This document shows, piece after piece, positions 39,394-46,255 of a DNA stretch of 64,000 nt. A program made the translations under genes and the position numbers. Origin of the DNA: a virus. Every line of letters begins with the position of its first letter. Position 1 is the stretch's first letter. The stretch is from the IMG/VR virus record IMGVR_UViG_3300029122_000292. One strand, 5' to 3'. A model generated the notes under the pieces. That model ran no database searches, had not been told where the DNA came from, and saw only the letters and a program-made list of their open reading frames with translations.

Positions 39394-39620
39394 GTTCGTA
39401 AAGGTAAGATCATATACATCCCACCGGGAAACCGAGGCGTGTGATCGCATGCGATGTACGTCGGCTCCGCAGGTATGCTGATTCGCTGATCGAAATAATC
39501 AACGTAGACACGTGCCGGCAATGAGCTCAAAACGCAAACCCGCAGGAAGACGTCCCGTCGAAGGCACCTCCCTGAGCATACAAACCACCATTTAGATCAC
39601 GATTTAGAAGAGGTAAACAT
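39394..39620 (+). ncRNA. candidate structured ncRNA / RT-associated RNA in the non-coding region upstream of the RT
   Basis: About 230 nt with no ORF; contains the perfect 12-nt palindrome ATCGCATGCGAT and several GC hairpins. Identity as msr/msd-like RNA is inference only. Confidence 0.3.
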
Positions 39621-40856
39621 ATGTACGTTACTTATTGGAATCCGCCGAGAACAAGGCAGATTACGTTTGATGAAATCCTTAGTGGAGTCGTTGACGTGAA
39701 CCAGTTGAAATATGCTGGCGATGAAACTTCTACTCGAACTGTACAGCGTAATGGGTTGAATGATCGTCTCGTAGCAATTACAAACGTTACCAATATGATT
39801 GCACGGCTCGCGGAATTCAATCAGAAATACGCTCGTCTTGAAGCAGTACGTGACCTGTCGACGTATTACTATCACTTTGAAATTCCCAAGAAGACTGGTG
39901 GCGTTCGTCCAATTGATGCACCGAACAATGAACTGAGCGATGCGTTGGTTGAGTTGCGGACGCTGTTAAAAAGTTTCATGATTGCTGATTATCACACGGC
40001 AGCACACGCATATATCAATGGGCGCGGCACTCTGAGTGCAATTAAAAAGCATCAGGCGGGACACAGATATACAGTAAAAGATCGTGAGACTGGGAAAGAA
40101 AAGATCGTCACCTATGAAAACAACTGGGCTGTCAAGTTTGACTTTCATGGATTCTTCCCGAGCTCCACTCCTGAGTTTATCTACAGTATGTTCAGAAAGA
40201 TTTATCCGTTTTCTCTCATTATGAAGGATCGAAATGGATACAATCAGCTGACTAAAGCGATGCGCCTGTGCTTCTTGAACGGCGGTCTTCCGCAGGGAAC
40301 GCCAATCAGTCCGTGGATCACGAACGTTATGATGATCCCGTTTGATTATATGTTAAACAAGAAGCTTTCTTACAAATATACCATGAAAGACGGCATTTCT
40401 CGCACTTTTACATACACCAGATATGCAGACGATATCACCATCAGCTGCTATTTGAGTTTTGACCCGATGGAAATGCAGGATATTATCAAAGAGACGTTGG
40501 ACGCAATCAATGCTCCGTTTACTTTGAATGAAGAAAAAACGCATTATGGTAATCGGCATTCGAGCGAAAACTGGATGCTCGGTCTGATGTGGAACGCCAA
40601 TAACGATATCACAGTCGGATGGCGCAATTTTAAGGACTTCAAGAAGATGGCATCTAATTACATCATCTGCAAGAAAGAAGGGAAAACGTGGGACCTTGAA
40701 GACTTGCAGCAGTTTAATGGCAGGCTGAATTACTACCGTATGGTAGAAAAAGAATCGGTTGACACGGTGATTTCTCGGTACAACGAAAAGTATCGTGTTG
40801 ATATGATGGCAATGCTCAAAGCTGACTTAAAACCAAAAGAAGGAGTTGTTTTCTAA
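39621..40856 (+). CDS. reverse transcriptase, retron/group-II-like clade (411 aa)
   Basis: RT motifs IPKKTGGVRPI, FDFHGFFPS, GLPQGTPISP, YTRYADDITIS; N-terminal similarity to retron RTs. Confidence 0.85.
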   Translation: MYVTYWNPPRTRQITFDEILSGVVDVNQLKYAGDETSTRTVQRNGLNDRLVAITNVTNMIARLAEFNQKYARLEAVRDLSTYYYHFEIPKKTGGVRPIDAPNNELSDALVELRTLLKSFMIADYHTAAHAYINGRGTLSAIKKHQAGHRYTVKDRETGKEKIVTYENNWAVKFDFHGFFPSSTPEFIYSMFRKIYPFSLIMKDRNGYNQLTKAMRLCFLNGGLPQGTPISPWITNVMMIPFDYMLNKKLSYKYTMKDGISRTFTYTRYADDITISCYLSFDPMEMQDIIKETLDAINAPFTLNEEKTHYGNRHSSENWMLGLMWNANNDITVGWRNFKDFKKMASNYIICKKEGKTWDLEDLQQFNGRLNYYRMVEKESVDTVISRYNEKYRVDMMAMLKADLKPKEGVVF

Positions 40857-41194
40857 TGATTGAAATGATGTGTAGAGATGGCGGCACTCCAGTTGAATTG
40901 CTCGATCAAGCGGCAAGTGTCGTAGAGGAATCCATTGGGTGTCCAGTTGACCTGTTGGATATCGACGACCACAGAGCAATGGTCTATTGGGGGCCGTCTG
41001 ATGTTGCAAGCGCAATCAAGGAGCTTGGCATCAAAGAAATCGATGCAGAGGATATGAGCTTATGTGCAGATCTCTTGTGCGATTTTGAAGTGAATATTCA
41101 TCAGGCAATGCTTGAGGCCGGACACGACGCTCTACAGAGCTGTTTGGAATGTCTTGTTGATGAACTGCGAAAACAGGACAAAGAATCCAAGTAA
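40856..41194 (+). CDS. small acidic protein translationally coupled to the RT (112 aa)
   Basis: ATGA overlap with RT stop. Confidence 0.55.
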   Translation: MIEMMCRDGGTPVELLDQAASVVEESIGCPVDLLDIDDHRAMVYWGPSDVASAIKELGIKEIDAEDMSLCADLLCDFEVNIHQAMLEAGHDALQSCLECLVDELRKQDKESK

Positions 41195-41241
41195 TTATAT
41201 ATTGTAATCTCTTTTGAATATCGGGCGTTTTACGTCGCGAG

Positions 41242-41259
41242 CTGCCGGATGACCGACAG
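41242..41259. promoter_or_regulatory. 18-bp imperfect palindrome CTGCCGGATGACCGACAG, copy C
   Basis: Followed by about 280 nt of hairpin-rich non-coding sequence (for example GCTGCCTGAGTTGGCAGC). Confidence 0.5.
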
Positions 41260-41539
41260 TTATGAAGAATACCATAGCACGCTCATACGGGCTCCATGGG
41301 CTGCCTGAGTTGGCAGCCTCGCCCTCCTGAGCTATGGATCAAATTAGTTCGCAAGCACGGAGTCTCCGTTCTGCAGCCTAGATCCCAGCAGAGCTGGAGA
41401 TCGCGGCTGCAATCGCTGCGACTCATTGGCCATCAGAACATTTACTCGACAATGCTTCCGGGATCAAAGATCCCTCCAAATTATCTCGCAAATGTTCTTC
41501 CAGCCAACTGTTACTCACAATTTAGAAAAGAGATTGATT

Positions 41540-41803
41540 ATGGATTACAAATATAAAATTGGACAAAAAGTACGAATTCGGAAAGACTTGACAGCTGGTG
41601 CAGAATATCCAATGCAGAGCGGAGAAAGCTATGGTTGCAATCCGGGAGTTAATGAAGATATGGAAAGATACCGTGGTCAACTTATGACAATCGATCGCCA
41701 AACATACGGTGTTTATACGCTCTGTGAGGACAACGAATATTGGAGTTGGACTGACACGATGTTTGAGTCTCCAAAACCACTTACATGTAAAAGTCTTTTG
41801 TAA
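41540..41803 (+). CDS. 87-aa SH3/KOW-like small protein with C-terminal ...TCKSLL tail
   Basis: ORF 41426..41803 trimmed to MDYKYKIGQKVRIRKDL. Confidence 0.55.
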   Translation: MDYKYKIGQKVRIRKDLTAGAEYPMQSGESYGCNPGVNEDMERYRGQLMTIDRQTYGVYTLCEDNEYWSWTDTMFESPKPLTCKSLL

Positions 41804-41817
41804 AGGAGTGAATTTTA

Positions 41818-42633
41818 ATGGCAGAAACCGCAAAGAAAGTGGCACAAAAAACCATTCTTTTCCCAGTTGAAGATCAGCCTGCAAAACTCGTCGTTACAGA
41901 GGACGATATTGAACGAATTATTCAGCAGGCAGTTAAAAGTGCCACTGCAACGAAAAAAGCACGGAAACCTCGTCGGACGGACAGTCTTTATCTCAAGGAT
42001 GGGCGTAGAAAGCCAACCCCGGCAGATCCTATCAAGTCAAAGGAAGATTTTAAGAAAATTGTTGATTATCTTGGATCAAATGGCACTGAAGAAATTGCGC
42101 TCAGGAACAAAACACTATTCATTCTCGGCTGTTCAATTGGTGTTCGATGCGGCGATTTGTTGAAGCTTAAAACGGCTGATGTTTATTATGAGAACGCTCA
42201 TGTAAAAGATCATGTTGAGCTGATCGAACAGAAGACCGGCAAGCGAAACGTGTGTAAGATTTCTCATATGGCAAAAGAAGCTTTAAGAGAATATTATCAG
42301 GCAATTAGTTTTCGAATTGACCGCGACACGCTTCTTTTTCAGAGCAAGAAAGGTGGACAGCTTAACGTTAGATCAGTGAGCAACCTTTTGAAGAAGGCTG
42401 GTAAGGCGTGTGGTTTGAATATTGAGTTATCTACTCACACTATGCGTAAAACTTATGCTATGGCCGCGTTACAGAGTGCAGAAGGTACAGTTGATGAAGC
42501 GAACATCGTGAGTATTCTGCAAAACAAATTTAACCACAGTAATCAGCGTATTACGATGAGATATATCAAAATGGATCAAGAAAAACTTGATGAAGTCTCT
42601 GAGAATGTTTCCGACTGGTTTGAAGGAGAATAA
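41818..42633 (+). CDS. tyrosine recombinase / phage-integrase-family catalytic domain protein (271 aa)
   Basis: Arg I (GVRCGDLLKL), HxxR (THTMRKTYA) and catalytic Tyr (ITMRYIKMD). Confidence 0.7.
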   Translation: MAETAKKVAQKTILFPVEDQPAKLVVTEDDIERIIQQAVKSATATKKARKPRRTDSLYLKDGRRKPTPADPIKSKEDFKKIVDYLGSNGTEEIALRNKTLFILGCSIGVRCGDLLKLKTADVYYENAHVKDHVELIEQKTGKRNVCKISHMAKEALREYYQAISFRIDRDTLLFQSKKGGQLNVRSVSNLLKKAGKACGLNIELSTHTMRKTYAMAALQSAEGTVDEANIVSILQNKFNHSNQRITMRYIKMDQEKLDEVSENVSDWFEGE

Positions 42634-42636
42634 GCT

Positions 42637-42909
42637 ATGAATTATAGATTTAAACCCGGTGACAAAGTGACCGTTAGAAAAGATTTGGCGACATATGAAA
42701 CGTATCATATGTTATCTGGAGAAACCCCATGTGATGCCATTATTGCTACTTATTCTATGGAAAATCTTCGAGGGAAACAAGTCACAATCGAGAACTATGA
42801 TTGTTGTGGGAGTGCAATGTGTTACAGGGTAAAAGAAAGCTCCAGATATTGGGCAGATGAAATGTTTGAAGAGTCTAAAAAGCCGTTTACGTGTAAAAGT
42901 CTATTATGA
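42637..42909 (+). CDS. 90-aa SH3/KOW-like small protein with C-terminal ...TCKSLL tail
   Basis: ORF track; KPGDKVTVRKDL...WADEMFE. Confidence 0.6.
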   Translation: MNYRFKPGDKVTVRKDLATYETYHMLSGETPCDAIIATYSMENLRGKQVTIENYDCCGSAMCYRVKESSRYWADEMFEESKKPFTCKSLL

Positions 42910-42925
42910 AAAGAGGTAAGAGAAC

Positions 42926-43210
42926 GTGTCGAAAAGCAAGTACAAATATAAGAATGGAGAAGCAATTCGCGTCAGGGAAGATCTTCAATCTGGAACAGTT
43001 TATTACATGAGATCTGGTCCAGAACCGGATGCCAATGGTATTGAGACGTCATGGAGTGGACGTGGACAAGTAGGTTATCGTGGACAAATTGTACATATTT
43101 CTCACAAAGCAAACGGTCGATACAAAATTCTTGAAGACGGAAAAACATATTATTATACGGATGAAATGTTCGATCGTCCAAAGAACTTGATTTGCAAAAG
43201 TTTGTTGTGA
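42926..43210 (+). CDS. 94-aa small protein with C-terminal ...ICKSLL tail
   Basis: ORF track; GTG start after AGAGG. Confidence 0.55.
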   Translation: MSKSKYKYKNGEAIRVREDLQSGTVYYMRSGPEPDANGIETSWSGRGQVGYRGQIVHISHKANGRYKILEDGKTYYYTDEMFDRPKNLICKSLL

Positions 43211-43219
43211 GGTGATTGT

Positions 43220-43375
43220 ATGAATGAAATCTGGTGCGTGATTGAATGCAGTTCAGATGGCGAAATCTTTCAGCCTGATTTTTTCAATTCAAAGGAAGAT
43301 GCGGCTGCATTTATTGAGGAAGAGACAAAAGAATGTCTTTTCAATATGGCAGATTTACCTGGGCTGATAGAATGA
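43220..43375 (+). CDS. very small acidic protein (51 aa)
   Basis: Own translation MNEIWCVIECSSDGEIFQPDFFNSKEDAAAFIEEE...; GAGGTGATTGTATG. Confidence 0.35.
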   Translation: MNEIWCVIECSSDGEIFQPDFFNSKEDAAAFIEEETKECLFNMADLPGLIE

Positions 43376-43489
43376 CCGATATCGTTGACGGGGAACCGAT
43401 TGGAGGGGTATGGACGGATAAATACAGTTGGGTTTGGCATAGCTTTGAAGTTACTAATAAAATTGAAAAATTAAAGGAGAATAATAACA

Positions 43490-45562
43490 ATGTCTGATTT
43501 CAAGAAATTTCGTGCACTGCTGCAGAACCACTTCAATGAGATGGTGAAGGGTGAGAATCCACTGTTTATCACCGATGCAGACGAGGATGAACTGTACAAT
43601 CTGTATCTTGATAGTTTCCCGGCCGGCACAAATGAGCTGTTCCGTAAGCGGCGCGAGTATGACTGTTCCTGCTGCCGCCGTTTTGTGAAGAATATCGGCA
43701 AGCTGGTGGCGTTTGACAAGAATTATAATTTGATTTCCATCTGGGATTTCGATGCAAAGTCTGCCAAGTATCAGCCTGTTGTTGATACGCTGGCTGCCTA
43801 TGTAAAGAGCCGCGCCATTGTGAATCCGTACTTTGTCAGTCGCAATATGATCGGTTCTGGGAATATGTTCGGCACCGAGATGAACTACGAGTATGATGAA
43901 AACCACAATGATGTATATACTTGGGATCATTTCGCAGTCAAGATTCCGCAGCGTTTTATTACCAGTGGAGATGACGTGGCTACCAAGATGGCACAGTGGC
44001 GTGACTCCGCAAACGTGTTCAAGCGTTCTCTGGAAGAGCTAACCATGGAGGCTGTTGATACTGTGCTGGAGCTGATTGCTCAGAATAGTCTGTATCGCGG
44101 CAAGGAGTTTGAGCGATCTGTAAAGGAGTTTAAGCACGATAAGATTGACTATGACAAACTGTCTGTTAATGAAAAGCTTGCCTTTGTATGGCTTGCCCCT
44201 ACGTATGCTACGGCGGCGCAGCTTCGTATTCGTAACACCGCTATCGGCACCCTTCTTATCAATTTGAGCGAAGGTATGAACGTGGATGCAGCCGTTACTG
44301 CCTTCGAGAAAGTTGTTGCTCCCGCAAACTATAAGCGTCCCAAGGCGATTTTCACCAAGAAGATGTTGGAAGATGCACAGAAGACTGTCACCGAGCTGGG
44401 CTATATGAGCAGTCTGGGTCGTCGGTTTGCTACTCTGGATGATATCACCGCCAACAATATCTTGTTCTGCAACCGTGATGCTGCTTCTCGTATTGCTGGT
44501 GCTACAAATCCGTTTGAAGCAATGGCTAAGACTGTTGCGATTGATCCCAAGAAGTTTAACCGTGCAGAAGAAATTGGCATCGACAAGTTTATCAAAGACG
44601 TGCTGCCGACTGCAACTGGTTTGGAACTGTTCATGGAAAATCGTTTCGAGAAGAATATGATGTCTCTGATTGCACCGCAGGATAAGACTGCGCCGAGCAT
44701 GTTCAAGTGGCCGAATGGTTTCAGCTGGGCATATACCGGTAATGTGACTGACAGTCAGATCCGCGAGAACGTCAAGAACGCTGGTGGCAAAGTCGATGGC
44801 GTGCTGCGTTTCTCTATTCAGTGGAACGATAAGCCGGGTGAATGGGATGAAAACGATCTCGATGCCCACTGTGTTGAACCGAATGGCTTTGAGATCTATT
44901 ACGGCGACAAACGAGATTTGCGTACCGGTGGTAATCTGGACGTGGATATCATTCATCCTAATTGTAATAAGGCGGCTGTTGAGAACATCACTTGGTCTGA
45001 CATCAAGAAGATGAAGGATGGCGAGTATAACTTTTCTGTTCATTGCTTCTCTAACCGTGGCGGCAAAACCGGCTTCCGCGCAGAGATTGAATTTGATGGT
45101 CAAATCTACTCCTTTAATTATAATATTCCGCTGCGTCAGACTCAGATTGTTTCTGTTGCTACTGTTGTGTTGAAGGATGGGCAGTTTACTATTAAGGAAC
45201 ATCTCAATAGTTCTACTTCTTCCCGTGAGATCTGGGGTGTGAATTCCAATCAGTTCGTACCTGTGTCTGTGGCGATGTACTCTCCGAACTACTGGGATGA
45301 GCAGACTGGCAATGGCAACCGTCACTACTTCTTCATGCTCAAGGATTGCGTCAACCCTGAAAAGCCCAATGGTTTCTACAACGAATTCCTGAAGGCGGAA
45401 CTGCTACAGCATAAGCGTGTGTTCGAGGCTCTCGGTTCTCAGATGGCGGTTCAATCGGTGGATGACCAGCTGTCTGGTGTTGGCTTCTCTGAGACGAAGC
45501 ACGACTCCCTCATTGTCAAGGTGCAAGGCGCTACTGAGCGAGTTCTGAAAGTGGTGATTTAA
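43490..45562 (+). CDS. hypothetical protein (690 aa), GC3-rich
   Basis: ORF track; AAGGAGAATAATAACAATG; no recognisable motifs. Confidence 0.7.
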   Translation: MSDFKKFRALLQNHFNEMVKGENPLFITDADEDELYNLYLDSFPAGTNELFRKRREYDCSCCRRFVKNIGKLVAFDKNYNLISIWDFDAKSAKYQPVVDTLAAYVKSRAIVNPYFVSRNMIGSGNMFGTEMNYEYDENHNDVYTWDHFAVKIPQRFITSGDDVATKMAQWRDSANVFKRSLEELTMEAVDTVLELIAQNSLYRGKEFERSVKEFKHDKIDYDKLSVNEKLAFVWLAPTYATAAQLRIRNTAIGTLLINLSEGMNVDAAVTAFEKVVAPANYKRPKAIFTKKMLEDAQKTVTELGYMSSLGRRFATLDDITANNILFCNRDAASRIAGATNPFEAMAKTVAIDPKKFNRAEEIGIDKFIKDVLPTATGLELFMENRFEKNMMSLIAPQDKTAPSMFKWPNGFSWAYTGNVTDSQIRENVKNAGGKVDGVLRFSIQWNDKPGEWDENDLDAHCVEPNGFEIYYGDKRDLRTGGNLDVDIIHPNCNKAAVENITWSDIKKMKDGEYNFSVHCFSNRGGKTGFRAEIEFDGQIYSFNYNIPLRQTQIVSVATVVLKDGQFTIKEHLNSSTSSREIWGVNSNQFVPVSVAMYSPNYWDEQTGNGNRHYFFMLKDCVNPEKPNGFYNEFLKAELLQHKRVFEALGSQMAVQSVDDQLSGVGFSETKHDSLIVKVQGATERVLKVVI

Positions 45563-45834
45563 TGGCTCGTTACAAAGTCGGAGACAAGGTACGCTTAATC
45601 GATAATTTTGTGCAATACGAAGAGTATCATATGCGAGATCGGAATAACAATCCCGGATATACTATAACAGTCAAGTGGTCATTAGAAGAAAGAATGAAAC
45701 TTGCTGGAAAAATTGTGACGATTGCTGAAGTTGGAGAATACTACCGAATCGAAGAAGACAACCATAGTAAACATTGGACTGATGATATGTTTGTTGGCAC
45801 GGCAAAATGTCTTGTTTGTCGGTCGTTACTGTAA
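45562..45834 (+). CDS. 90-aa SH3/KOW-like small protein with C-terminal ...VCRSLL tail
   Basis: ORF track; ATGG overlap with upstream stop. Confidence 0.6.
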   Translation: MARYKVGDKVRLIDNFVQYEEYHMRDRNNNPGYTITVKWSLEERMKLAGKIVTIAEVGEYYRIEEDNHSKHWTDDMFVGTAKCLVCRSLL

Positions 45835-45854
45835 TTTTGAAAGGGGAAATTATT

Positions 45855-46238
45855 ATGGAAAAGAATCTGTTTGAAATCGCAACTCGTAATCGTTACCGCT
45901 TCACCTACAAGGGCGTCATGACTGTTGAGGATCTGTGGGACCTGAATGTTGAGGCTCTGGATGCAATTTTTAAGACTCTGAATCGTCAGAAGAAGACCGC
46001 AGACGAAGACTCTTTGCTGGCTGTTAAGAGTGCCGAAGATACTGAACTGGCAAACAAGATTGAACTGGTGAAGTATATCGTGTCTGTCAAGTTGGCTGAG
46101 TCTGAGGCACGTGTGAATGCTGCCGAGAAGAAGGCGCAGCGCGATAAGATTATGAAAATCGTGGCAAAGAAGAAGGACAAGGAACTGGAAGATATGGATG
46201 TCGAGCAGCTGATGAAGAAGCTGGAAGAGCTGAACTGA
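45855..46238 (+). CDS. hypothetical coiled-coil protein (127 aa)
   Basis: ORF 45807..46238 trimmed to MEKNLFEIA after AAAGGGGAAATTATT. Confidence 0.55.
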   Translation: MEKNLFEIATRNRYRFTYKGVMTVEDLWDLNVEALDAIFKTLNRQKKTADEDSLLAVKSAEDTELANKIELVKYIVSVKLAESEARVNAAEKKAQRDKIMKIVAKKKDKELEDMDVEQLMKKLEELN

Positions 46239-46255
46239 GAAGGGAAGTATCAAAA

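Noticed and set aside
39330-41260. Diversity-generating retroelement or group II intron around the RT
   Set aside because: The RT has QGxxxSP (not the DGR-type motif). No about-100-bp TR/VR near-identical repeat pair was found. There is no room or sequence for intron domains V/VI, because a coupled ORF starts at the RT stop.
44039-45325. 428-aa antisense ORF inside the 690-aa gene; likewise 45741..46277, 46250..46813, 47356..48156, 49548..50186, 35303..35806, 36413..37039, 38064..39068
   Set aside because: All are antisense to genes with recognisable domains or strong ribosome-binding sites and have no independent support.
7874-45834. CaaX prenylation box, or a pure ribosome-binding-site artefact, as explanation of the CxSLL tail
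   Set aside because: The Cys is at -5, not -4, and prenylation is not a bacterial system. Plus-strand copies lack an embedded AGGAG and use different codons, so the ribosome-binding-site overlap cannot be the sole cause.
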